Positions 29,876 through 38,395 of a stretch of 64,000 bases of DNA are shown here, piece by piece. The notes beneath the pieces were generated by a model. The model worked only from the letters and a program-made list of their open reading frames with translations, made no database searches and was not told the DNA's origin. This DNA is from Candidatus Kaiserbacteria bacterium (GTDB taxonomy: Bacteria > Patescibacteriota > Minisyncoccia > Phycocordibacterales > UBA2100). The position numbers and the translations under genes are program-made. The DNA is taken from NCBI GenBank assembly GCA_021413775.1, contig JAIOPS010000021.1:5014-69013 (forward strand). The letters are read 5' to 3'. Position 1 is the stretch's first letter; each line of letters begins with the position of its first letter.

Positions 29876-31525
29876 ATGACATTGCGCGAACGACTTGCAC
29901 ACGTCGTCAAAGGTGACTGTGCGGATGACACCGCGAGTCTGCAAAAGTACAGCCGCGACACAAGTATTTTTTCGCGCACTCCCGCGGTCGTCGTATTTCC
30001 GAAAGACGCCGATGATGTTGCGGCGGTCGTACGCTTCGCGCGCGCGGCGAAACAGCGCGACGAAAACGTTTCCGTCGCCGCGCGCTCCGCAGGAACTGAT
30101 ATGACGGGCGGTCCGCTGACTGATTCCATATCACTCGTGTTCACACGCTATATGAACGCCATTATCGGCGTAACAGGCGAGACGGTGACTGCGCAGCCGG
30201 GCGTGTATTACCGCGACCTCGAGAAGGAAACTCTTAAAAAAGCCGGAAAAATTATCCCCTCCTACCCTGCATCACGCGAACTCTGCGCATTCGGAGGCAT
30301 GGTATCCAATAATTCCGGCGGCGAACTCACCCTCAGATACGGGAAAACAAATAAATATGTCCGCTCAATGAACGTCGTGCTTTCGGACGGTTCGCGCGCG
30401 ATACTCAAACGGCTGTCGCCTGCTGAACTCGCTGCAAAAAAGTCACTGCAAGATCTGGAGGGCTCCATATACCGCGACCTTCACGCCCTTCTTGACTCTC
30501 ATGCGGATGAAATAGAAGCGGCACGACCGAACGTTACGAAGAATTCCGCCGGATATCCGCTTTGGAATATTATCGACCGTGCAACGGGAACATTCGACCT
30601 CACGCAGCTGATCGTAGCTGCACAGGGTACTCTGGCAATCACTACCGAGGCAACTGTCGGGCTTGAGAAACTGAAGTCTCACCGCGCGATGCTCGTCGTG
30701 TTCCTTTCCGATGTATCCATTCTTCCCGACATCGTGCAGCGGGTGATGAAATTCGACCCTGAATCGTTTGAATCCTACGACGACCAGACCTTCAAACTTG
30801 CGGTGCGCTTTGCTCCGCAAATCATCCGACACTTCGGCATCATCAGAATGATAAAGCTCGGCTTCGCATTTATTCCCGAAACATATCTGGTTTTCACGGG
30901 CGGCGTACCGAAACTCGTTCTCATGGCCGAGTTTGCGGAAGACAGCGCGGAAGAAGCCATGGAGAAAGCGACACAGGCCCGCGCGGCGCTTACCGGATTA
31001 CACGTCAAAACGAAGATTGCCCGCTCGGAAACTCAATCCGCGAAGTACTGGACGATACGCCGGGAAAGCTTCGCTCTCCTCAGAAAAAATCTGAAGGGCC
31101 TCTATGCCGCGCCGTTCATTGACGACCTCGTGGTACATCCGGCGGATTATCCGAAATTTCTTCCCGAGCTCGATGCGCTTCTCGCCGGCCACAAATTCAT
31201 TTATACGATTGCGGGACACATCGGAGACGGAAACTTCCACATTATCCCGCTTGAAAACATGGGAGACCCGTCCGCGCGCGAAGAGATACTCGATTTAATG
31301 CCGAAAGTCTACAGGCTTGTCGCAAAATATAAAGGCTCTATTACGGGCGAGCACAACGACGGTATTATCCGCACGCCGTATCTCCCGATTATGTACGGAG
31401 AGAACATATGTGCGCTGTTCGCGGAGGTGAAGAAAATCTTCGACCCGCTCAATATATTGAACCCCGGCAAAAAAACCGGCGGCACCGTTGATGACATCAG
31501 AGCCAGCATGATTACGCATGTCTAA
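29876..31525 (+). CDS. FAD-linked oxidase (GlcD/D-lactate dehydrogenase family)
   Basis: PAVVVFP, ARSAGT, GGMVSNNSGG, GHIGDGNFH, GEHNDG, DPLNILNPGK. Confidence 0.9.
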   Translation: MTLRERLAHVVKGDCADDTASLQKYSRDTSIFSRTPAVVVFPKDADDVAAVVRFARAAKQRDENVSVAARSAGTDMTGGPLTDSISLVFTRYMNAIIGVTGETVTAQPGVYYRDLEKETLKKAGKIIPSYPASRELCAFGGMVSNNSGGELTLRYGKTNKYVRSMNVVLSDGSRAILKRLSPAELAAKKSLQDLEGSIYRDLHALLDSHADEIEAARPNVTKNSAGYPLWNIIDRATGTFDLTQLIVAAQGTLAITTEATVGLEKLKSHRAMLVVFLSDVSILPDIVQRVMKFDPESFESYDDQTFKLAVRFAPQIIRHFGIIRMIKLGFAFIPETYLVFTGGVPKLVLMAEFAEDSAEEAMEKATQARAALTGLHVKTKIARSETQSAKYWTIRRESFALLRKNLKGLYAAPFIDDLVVHPADYPKFLPELDALLAGHKFIYTIAGHIGDGNFHIIPLENMGDPSAREEILDLMPKVYRLVAKYKGSITGEHNDGIIRTPYLPIMYGENICALFAEVKKIFDPLNILNPGKKTGGTVDDIRASMITHV

Positions 31526-32555
31526 TCTACGAACATACCTTCTCGCTGCAGCCGCCTTCCTTGCTCCCGGCGTCGCTTTCGCGCACGAAGTATACGTGCT
31601 CTCCCCTGAAACCGTGAGGGCGGCTCTCGCTGCGGACTCACCGAATCCGTTCACCGCGTACATCGGCAACGAGTATCACTTTTTTTTCTGGGGCCTTATT
31701 TCGTTCATCACTATGTCGACAATTCTTGCCGCATCAGCTTTCCATCTGCTTGAGCGGCGTATCGGACCTTTTCTCGCTCGACTGAAACGTTTTGCGCACC
31801 CTGTCGCACGGGTTACGGTCGGAATATGTCTCATCGGTTTCGGGACTTCCGCCGATTTGTTCGGCACCGAACTTCCTTTTGGCGACATTTTCGGACCGCT
31901 TACATCAGTCATGCAGTACATATTCGTGATGGCGGGTGCCGCAGTTGTGCTCGGTTTTTACACGCGTTACATCGCTCTGATACTCATTGCGATATACGGA
32001 TACGCAGTCTGCCTGTTCGGCTCATACATGTTTACCTATACCGACCATCTCGGTGCATACTTTTTTCTTTTTGCACTCGGCAGCGGTACCTGGTCAATCG
32101 ATCACCGAGCACGCTCAGGGAACCTTCCGCGTCTTTTTAATTCGTTCGCCCGAAGCATACAACCGTATGCGTTCGTCATACTACGGCTCGGCTTCGGCTT
32201 CGGCGTGATGTTTGCTGCGGTGTACGCGAAGTTCATTCACAGCGAACTTGCTCTGCAGACTGTGCTCCAGCATAACCTCACCGACTTTTTCCCTTTCGAG
32301 CCTCTGTTTATCGTACTAGGAGCACTCATCATCGAATTCCTCGCCGGACTGATGATATTCACCGGTATTGCGATTCGCTGGACAGGACTGTTCCTTATCT
32401 TCTGGCTGACGCTCTCGCAGATATATTTCGGGGAGCTCTGGTGGGTTCATGCCGTTCTTTTCGGTATCGGTTTTGCAATCTTCTGTCACGGCTATGACCG
32501 GTTCTCGGTTGAAGGACACGTACTTAAGCGCGGCAGGCGCGAACCGGTTTTGTAG
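31518..32555 (+). CDS. DoxX-family membrane protein (two DoxX-like units)
   Basis: Signal-like AHEVYV; GFYTR and GSGTWSID motif; second unit LRLGFG...GYDRFSVE; overlaps oxidase stop. Confidence 0.7.
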   Translation: MSNLRTYLLAAAAFLAPGVAFAHEVYVLSPETVRAALAADSPNPFTAYIGNEYHFFFWGLISFITMSTILAASAFHLLERRIGPFLARLKRFAHPVARVTVGICLIGFGTSADLFGTELPFGDIFGPLTSVMQYIFVMAGAAVVLGFYTRYIALILIAIYGYAVCLFGSYMFTYTDHLGAYFFLFALGSGTWSIDHRARSGNLPRLFNSFARSIQPYAFVILRLGFGFGVMFAAVYAKFIHSELALQTVLQHNLTDFFPFEPLFIVLGALIIEFLAGLMIFTGIAIRWTGLFLIFWLTLSQIYFGELWWVHAVLFGIGFAIFCHGYDRFSVEGHVLKRGRREPVL

Positions 32556-32591
32556 GTTTTCATTGTCTCCGAATGCGGGTACAATCGCAGC

Positions 32592-33083
32592 ATGCCCGAT
32601 ACACAGCAGCATGACATCGACCGCGCCTTTCTCTTACAGGTAGTTCAGCCGGCACTCGTCGGGCTGATTGACGGTTCCGTGTCGACGCTTGCACCCTTGT
32701 TCGCTGCGGCGTTCGCGAGCGGAAACCCCCATGTCGCCTTCCTCGTAGGAACAGCAGCAGCTATCGGCGCAGGTATTTCAATGGCTTTTGCGGAGGCGCT
32801 CTCGGACACCGGAGAACACACGGGACGGGGGCACCCGTTCGTTCGCGGCTCTATCGTCGGATGCGCAACTTTCTTCGGCGGTATCTTCCATACGCTGCCC
32901 TTTCTTCTTTCGTCCCTCAGCGCAGCGCTCTACTTTGCGTACATCATTGTGGCCATTGAACTGCTCGCCATCGGCTACATACGGTTCCGCTACTTCAAGC
33001 TCGGTTTCTGGTGGTCCGTAGCGCAGGTCATTTTCGGCGGCGCACTTGTGCTCGCAGCCGGCATCCTCATCGGCGCCGCCTAG
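32592..33083 (+). CDS. VIT1/CCC1-family membrane protein (MbfA C-terminal-like)
   Basis: QPALVGLIDGSVSTLAPLFAAA, GAGISMAFAEALSD, GGIFHTLPF. Confidence 0.85.
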   Translation: MPDTQQHDIDRAFLLQVVQPALVGLIDGSVSTLAPLFAAAFASGNPHVAFLVGTAAAIGAGISMAFAEALSDTGEHTGRGHPFVRGSIVGCATFFGGIFHTLPFLLSSLSAALYFAYIIVAIELLAIGYIRFRYFKLGFWWSVAQVIFGGALVLAAGILIGAA

Positions 33084-33509
33084 TTACTTCCGGATTTTCG
33101 AGCGGCAGTTCTTCGAACCGCACCGGCAACCGACCGGTCTGATGAATTCGTTGAAGTATTCGTCCCCGTAGTCAATGGTGAGCTCTTCACCCGCGGCAAT
33201 ACTCCGCGCCGCATATATCATAATGTGACCTTCCTTGTCTGCGCCTTTTTCAATCTCCGCCTCCGTATTCGGATCGCATGAATGATTGATGTACCGCGCG
33301 GGATTTGATGTCGCTTCCCCGTCGACTGTCCACGTATCATCGATTTCAAAGAGGTATCTGCCCTTGTGCTCGTCCGCCTCCTTTGTGGGAATCCGTATTC
33401 CCGAATACTCCACGACGAAATCGCCCTTTTTATAATTGCGCAGAGCAAAAAGACCCATGCCGACACCTTCCTGCATCGAGGTCTTCACTTCAAAATCATC
33501 GTGCGCCAT
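33084..33509 (-). CDS. SET-domain protein-lysine methyltransferase
   Basis: GMGLFA, ARYINHSCDPN, GEELTIDYG, post-SET CRCGSKNCR. Confidence 0.92.
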   Translation of the reverse strand: MAHDDFEVKTSMQEGVGMGLFALRNYKKGDFVVEYSGIRIPTKEADEHKGRYLFEIDDTWTVDGEATSNPARYINHSCDPNTEAEIEKGADKEGHIMIYAARSIAAGEELTIDYGDEYFNEFIRPVGCRCGSKNCRSKIRK

Positions 33510-33599
33510 AGATTCGTGAGTATACTGCGCGGATTCCCGATTTCCCACCTCGCCCGCGGCGCGACTGGATTATCTTCCTGGGTGTTGCATAATGGCGCC

Positions 33600-34862
33600 A
33601 TGTCGAAGCGCGAAAAAATCTCCACCGAAAGCTATAAGGGTGTACGCGACTTCTATCCTGAAGACCAGTTTTTGCAGCGCTACATGTTCGAACACATGGA
33701 ACGCGTCTGTGAACTCTACGGCTACGAAGAATACAGCGCATCCGTACTGGAGCCCGCCGAACTGTACCGCTCGAAGAGTTCTCAGGAAATCGTCAACGAA
33801 CAGACATATACGTTTACGGACCGGGGCGACCGTGAAGTCACTCTCCGCCCGGAAATGACACCGACGTTTGCCCGCATGATGGCCGCCCGCGCACGTGACA
33901 TGGCACTCCCTGCCCGATGGTATTCGATACCGAACCTCTTCCGGTACGAGCGTCCGCAAAAAGGGCGCTTGCGTGAACACTGGCAGCTGAATGCGGACAT
34001 CGTCGGCGCTTCAGGCGTTGAGGCCGATGCCGAGATTATATCGCTGGCTCATGCAATCATGCGCTCTCTCGGCGCAGAAGAGCGTGATTTTGAAATCCGT
34101 GTCTCCGACAGGCGCATTCTCGACGCCGTTTACAATTCCGTCGGCATCGCGAAAGAGTACGCGGCTGATGTCACCAGACTGCTCGATCGGCGCGCGAAAA
34201 TAGACGACTTTGAGGCCCAACTCACGGAGATGATTGCGCACGAAGAGAAGGCGGTAAAACTCATCGAGGAGCTCGAGCACATCACTTCGACGGCATACCT
34301 TGAAGAGCTTCGCGTCATGCTTGAACAGCTCGGCGTACGCAACATGATTGTCGACACATCAATCACGCGCGGGTTTGATTACTACACCGGCATGATATTT
34401 GAAGTTTTCGATACATCTCCGGATAACCGCCGCTCACTCTTCGGCGGAGGACGGTACGACAACCTGCTCTCCATGTTCGGCGGCGATAAGATTCCCGCCG
34501 TCGGATTCGGCATGGGCGACGTGACGGCGCGTGACTTTCTGGAGACCCACAATCTTCTGCCTGAGTATGCGCCCGCAACAGAGCTCATGCTCTGCATTGT
34601 GGAAGACGACGCAACATCTCACGCGATGCGCCTCGCACAGGACCTGCGCCGCGAGGATGTGACGGTCGCGGTAAACTTTTCCGGCAAACGCATTGGCGAC
34701 CAGATTCGTCAGGCTGACAAGATGAAAATACCGTTCGTCATCGCCATAGGTGCGAAAGAACGCGACAGCGGACGTTACACGATTAAGAATCTCTCGACCG
34801 GCGCGGAAATGACGCTCCCGGCGGACCGCATTGCGGAGCATTTGTTCTCCTCGCTCGGTTAA
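33600..34862 (+). CDS. hisS: histidine--tRNA ligase
   Basis: KGVRDF, LRPEMT, FRYERPQKGRLREHWQ, RGFDYYTG, GGGRYD. Confidence 0.97.
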   Translation: MSKREKISTESYKGVRDFYPEDQFLQRYMFEHMERVCELYGYEEYSASVLEPAELYRSKSSQEIVNEQTYTFTDRGDREVTLRPEMTPTFARMMAARARDMALPARWYSIPNLFRYERPQKGRLREHWQLNADIVGASGVEADAEIISLAHAIMRSLGAEERDFEIRVSDRRILDAVYNSVGIAKEYAADVTRLLDRRAKIDDFEAQLTEMIAHEEKAVKLIEELEHITSTAYLEELRVMLEQLGVRNMIVDTSITRGFDYYTGMIFEVFDTSPDNRRSLFGGGRYDNLLSMFGGDKIPAVGFGMGDVTARDFLETHNLLPEYAPATELMLCIVEDDATSHAMRLAQDLRREDVTVAVNFSGKRIGDQIRQADKMKIPFVIAIGAKERDSGRYTIKNLSTGAEMTLPADRIAEHLFSSLG

Positions 34863-34888
34863 AAATCGAGCATGATATACTCGCTCCG

Positions 34889-35464
34889 ATGCGGGTCGTT
34901 ACATTTGATATTGAAACGGCGAATTGGTTGGCGGATACGGGGTCAAGCGATGTCACTGCACTCTCTATTGCCATCGTCTGCATTCACGATTCCGAGACGG
35001 ACACATACTCAAGCTATCTGGAGTCCGAATTGCCGCAACTCTGGCCGATACTTGAACGCACAGACGTACTCGTGGGGTACAACTCGGACCACTTCGATGT
35101 TCCGCTCCTGAATAAGTACTATCCCGGCGACCTTACGCGCATCAAGAGCCTCGATTTGCTCAAAGAGGTGCACGCTTCACTCGGGAGGAGGTTGCGGCTC
35201 GATGCCATTGCAGAGGGTACGCTCGGCGTAAAGAAAAGCGGTTCCGGTTCCCAATCACTTCAGTGGTGGCGGGCGGGAGAGATAGATAAAGTCCGGCAAT
35301 ACTGCCTGAAAGATGTCGAGATAACGAGAAAAATATTCGACTACGCACTGGAAAAAGGCGGCATCAAATACAAAGAACTCGGCAAAACACGGGAAGTAAA
35401 ACTCGACACTTCGAAATGGCTTCTTCCGGAAAGTAATTCGATGACTTTCTCACTCGGATTCTGA
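34889..35464 (+). CDS. RNase H-like DEDD exonuclease (YprB/RNase_H_2 type)
   Basis: FDIET, GYNSDHFDVP, LDAIA, YCLKDV. Confidence 0.85.
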   Translation: MRVVTFDIETANWLADTGSSDVTALSIAIVCIHDSETDTYSSYLESELPQLWPILERTDVLVGYNSDHFDVPLLNKYYPGDLTRIKSLDLLKEVHASLGRRLRLDAIAEGTLGVKKSGSGSQSLQWWRAGEIDKVRQYCLKDVEITRKIFDYALEKGGIKYKELGKTREVKLDTSKWLLPESNSMTFSLGF

Positions 35465-35556
35465 TTCCGGCGATACTTGACCGCCGCACCGACCGCAGGC
35501 TAGGCTTCTGAGCAGGCGGTAATTACCGCATCAACACGCACCTTTTCGGGGGGAAT

Positions 35557-36141
35557 ATGTCCGCTTTGAACGGAAGCGCGACCGCTTCGGGCGGCGCGAA
35601 AGTTTCGAATGCACGAAAGCTTGGCTACCTAATCCCGAACACGATTACCGCCGGACGTCTCGTCTGTGCGGCAGGTCTGTTCGTCTATTCCGACGCAGCA
35701 ACGGCGTTCTATCTGGCCCTCACGGGCGCCGTGAGTGACTATGTCGACGGCTTCATCGCGAAAACCTGGAACCTCGGGACCGCATTCGGAAAGCGTTTCG
35801 ACCAGTGGACGGACCTCGCCCTCGGCATCGCGATCATGTATGCGATTTTGCACCGCGAGGACTTCACGGCGAATAACTTCCCGCTGACCCTCCTCATCGG
35901 CGGTTACCTGGGTGCGCGCACACTGATGCCCACGGTCGACACCAACGGCTATGCGCGGACGAAAACCGGCATGCAGTTCGGCGGCGGCGTCGCCATCTTG
36001 GGCAGCTATGCCTTCACTTGGGCGGCCGAATGGCATGTCTGGCACGTCGCGTACGCAGTCGTGTGGGTATCCATCATATGGATGTGGTGGTCGCTCCGCG
36101 ACTACCTACGGATGGCGTGGTGGCTGCGCAGCGGACCTTGA
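35557..36141 (+). CDS. CDP-alcohol phosphatidyltransferase family protein
   Basis: PNTITAGR, SDYVDGFIAK...TAFGKRFDQWTD. Confidence 0.85.
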   Translation: MSALNGSATASGGAKVSNARKLGYLIPNTITAGRLVCAAGLFVYSDAATAFYLALTGAVSDYVDGFIAKTWNLGTAFGKRFDQWTDLALGIAIMYAILHREDFTANNFPLTLLIGGYLGARTLMPTVDTNGYARTKTGMQFGGGVAILGSYAFTWAAEWHVWHVAYAVVWVSIIWMWWSLRDYLRMAWWLRSGP

Positions 36142-36148
36142 GTTTTAC

Positions 36149-36176
36149 GGCCTCGCATCGGTAACGATGCGGGGTC
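36149..36176. terminator. hairpin between convergent CDP-alcohol gene and tRNA-Phe
   Basis: GGCCTCGCATCG-GTAA-CGATGCGGGGTC. Confidence 0.6.
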
Positions 36177-36187
36177 GCTACATTTTG

Positions 36188-36260
36188 TGCCCAGAGTCAG
36201 ATTTGCACTGACGACCCTTCCCTCTTCAGGGGAATGCTCTACTAACTGAGCTATCTGGGC
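36188..36260 (-). tRNA. tRNA-Phe(GAA)
   Basis: GCCCAGA acceptor, TAGCTCAG D arm, TTCCC-CTGAAGA-GGGAA anticodon arm, T loop TGCAAAT; CCA not encoded. Confidence 0.92.
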
Positions 36261-36301
36261 GAACGGAACCAAACGCGAACGCGGATACTATATCATTTAT
36301 T

Positions 36302-36357
36302 GTGGCTAGCGAGGAGTGGGATGGAGGCTTGCTTGCATTTCGTCCGAGCGACGACAC
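36302..36357 (+). repeat. tandem-GA imperfect hairpin
   Basis: GC-GA-GGA...TCC-GA-GC closed by GTG/CAC. Confidence 0.4.
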
Positions 36358-36380
36358 GAAAAGGCTTTCAGCCGAAAGCC

Positions 36381-36689
36381 TTATTGCGCCGTCGTTGTAG
36401 ACGACGTCGCGCCGGTGAATCGCTCCTTAAATTCCTGGAGCATGCGCGCCCATTCTCCGAATTGACCTTCCAGCTCGACCTTTTTTCCGGTCACCGCCGT
36501 AAGCGTCGCATCCATTTGTTTGATGACCGGATAGAGGTAACTGAAATAGAGCCAAATCGGGATTCCGAGCGCGAGAAGATACAGTGCGACTTTAAAAATA
36601 CCTCCCCAAAAAGCGTTTCTCCGCATCGCGCGCAGCATTTTATTGTTTTCACGCTCGAGTCGGTAGAGTTCCTGCAGGTCCGGGTCCAT
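36381..36689 (-). CDS. small single-TM hypothetical protein
   Basis: ENNKMLRAMRR followed by a TM helix; TACGAT 6 nt before ATG; hairpin AAGGCTTTC/GAAAGCCTT at stop. Confidence 0.75.
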   Translation of the reverse strand: MDPDLQELYRLERENNKMLRAMRRNAFWGGIFKVALYLLALGIPIWLYFSYLYPVIKQMDATLTAVTGKKVELEGQFGEWARMLQEFKERFTGATSSTTTAQ

Positions 36690-36738
36690 AGGGCCATCGT
36701 ACCATCAAGCAACATCATCCTCATGCACTTTTCCTCTG

Positions 36739-36904
36739 TGCCCCCGGCAGGAATCTCCCTCACCTCTCGCTTTGCCGTCGCAAAGCTCGGATTGGGCACC
36801 GCCTCGCGGTTTCGCCCACTGGCGAAACATCGCTCCGGCGTTCGATTCCTGACGAAGAGCGCCGCGCGCTCTTCTCCGGGAGCACCGTTCACTATGTTCA
36901 CTAA
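36739..36904 (-). repeat. tRNA-Arg-associated structured element with sense and antisense copies of the tRNA 3' end
   Basis: 17/17 direct repeat 36739-36755 = 36905-36921; inverted copy 36840-36851 plus 36876-36885. Confidence 0.85.
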
Positions 36905-36976
36905 TGCCCCCGGCAGGAATCGAACCCACATCTCTCCCTTAGGACGGGATTGCTCTATCCATTGAGCTACGGGGGC
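36905..36976 (-). tRNA. tRNA-Arg(CCT)
   Basis: GCCCCCG acceptor, anticodon loop GTCCTAA, GGTTCGATTCC T arm; CCA not encoded. Confidence 0.92.
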
Positions 36977-37055
36977 AAGCGACGAACACGGTAAGACTAT
37001 CTCATATCCGCATTTTCTCCGAGCGCTCTCCGCGGTTCACATGCGCCCCGAAGCG

Positions 37056-37085
37056 CGAAAAGACGCATTTACATGCGTCTTTTCG
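37056..37085 (-). terminator. terminator after glutaredoxin gene
   Basis: CGAAAAGACGCA-6nt-TGCGTCTTTTCG perfect 12-bp inverted repeat. Confidence 0.7.
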
Positions 37086-37101
37086 TAGAGGTTGCGTGCG
37101 C

Positions 37102-37341
37102 TTATACGCCGAGCAATTCTTTGAGTTTCTCCTCGTCGAATCCGACGACGACGCTGTTGTCGATTGAGATGACGGGAACGCCCATCTGGCCGCTCTTCTG
37201 AATCATCTCCTGACGCTTGGCGAGATCGGTTGCGACGTTGTAATCAGTGAATGCAACCTTATTTTCCGTGAAGAAATCCTTCGCCGCATGGCAAAAGTGG
37301 CAGGTCGGGGTCGAATAAATGGTTACTGAGTGTGTTGCCAT
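37102..37341 (-). CDS. glutaredoxin-like protein (YruB/NrdH type)
   Basis: YSTPTCHFC, GQMGVPVI, VVGFD. Confidence 0.92.
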   Translation of the reverse strand: MATHSVTIYSTPTCHFCHAAKDFFTENKVAFTDYNVATDLAKRQEMIQKSGQMGVPVISIDNSVVVGFDEEKLKELLGV

Positions 37342-37378
37342 AGCATTGTGTTCAGTTGAGTAAAGTCACGAAAGTATA

Positions 37379-37963
37379 TCATTGTGCGCGTGCCGCCTTC
37401 AAGGCGTCCGTCCACCACAAGAGTTGCGTAATGAGCCCTTGTGCCCGTCCAACGTACGGTGCGAGCACATCATGTATCGCCTCGCCTTTCCCTGCTGCAA
37501 CGAGCACGTCATACGGCATATGGAGCGCATTCCGGATGGGTGTCATCTGCAATTCTACTGCCACTTCGCGCAGTTGTTCCACCGAACGGGCTCCGAGCGC
37601 GCTGCCGTACGAAACAAACGCGACCGGTTTATTGTTCCACTCCTGGTACACGTAATCGAGGGCATTTTTCAGAACCGCCGGATACCCGTGATTGTACTCG
37701 GGAGCGATAATAACGAAGGCGTCGCCTTCGGCAATTTTCGCCGTCCAAGCGGCTACCGCAGGATGCTCGTACGGTTTCGATTTGTGACCGGGAGTCTCTT
37801 TCTCCGCGAAAAACGGCATCGGGTACTCGCGGAGGTCCAGAATCTCCGCATCTACGTTCTCGACCGCTTTCAGATGCTCAAGCATCCAGGCGGCAGGCTT
37901 ATCGCTGAATCTGCCGTCGCGTGTCGAACCCAGAATGACTTTTACTGAGCGTTTTTTGTTCAT
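37379..37963 (-). CDS. NAD(P)H-dependent FMN reductase
   Basis: LGSTRDGR, PEYNHGYPAVLKNALD, WNNKP. Confidence 0.92.
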   Translation of the reverse strand: MNKKRSVKVILGSTRDGRFSDKPAAWMLEHLKAVENVDAEILDLREYPMPFFAEKETPGHKSKPYEHPAVAAWTAKIAEGDAFVIIAPEYNHGYPAVLKNALDYVYQEWNNKPVAFVSYGSALGARSVEQLREVAVELQMTPIRNALHMPYDVLVAAGKGEAIHDVLAPYVGRAQGLITQLLWWTDALKAARAQ

Positions 37964-38053
37964 AGAATATGGTGAATGAGGAGAGTAATAGCTGGAGTAT
38001 AGTTAATCACTTTACTTTGTAAAGTGGATAAAGCCGTGGTATCGTTGTACACA

Positions 38054-38383
38054 ATGCTCAGGACGCCGCGTCAACGCCGAATCATCTGCAAAGATTGTCC
38101 GGTCGCAAAGGCTGCCGATCTCGTGGGAGACTCCTGTTCCCTGCTTATCGTACGCGACCTCATATCCAACCCGAGACGCTTCGGCGAACTCCAGGATTCT
38201 CTGCACGGGATATCAAGCCGTACGCTCACAAAAAAATTACAGCTGCTCGAAGAAAACGGCCTCATCGCGCGGAAGGAATTCCGCGGCAAACCGCCCGTCG
38301 TTCGTTACTCTATTACCGCCAAAGGCAAGGGCCTGACCGGTGTTATAGAAGCGATGCGGTCGTACGGTATTGCGCATCTCTAA
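38054..38383 (+). CDS. HxlR-family winged HTH regulator
   Basis: CPV...DLVGD, RRFGELQ, ISSRTLTKKL, PPVVRYSIT; divergent from FMN reductase. Confidence 0.9.
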   Translation: MLRTPRQRRIICKDCPVAKAADLVGDSCSLLIVRDLISNPRRFGELQDSLHGISSRTLTKKLQLLEENGLIARKEFRGKPPVVRYSITAKGKGLTGVIEAMRSYGIAHL

Positions 38384-38395
38384 ACACGTGCGCGG

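Noticed and set aside
33366-33599. Extended N-termini from the ORF track (hisS, folA, purC, htpX, GH57, PGI)
   Set aside because: They overlap neighbouring genes; homology and -10 spacing favour the downstream ATGs.
36739-36921. Prophage or genomic island bounded by tRNA att repeats
   Set aside because: The repeats are under 180 bp apart with no integrase or cargo; reported as small structured elements instead.
36300-36965. ORFs spanning tRNA-Arg and its element (also 54087-54549 over tRNA-Ser and 45755-46399 over rnpB)
   Set aside because: They overlap structural RNA genes and palindromic DNA, with no recognisable protein.
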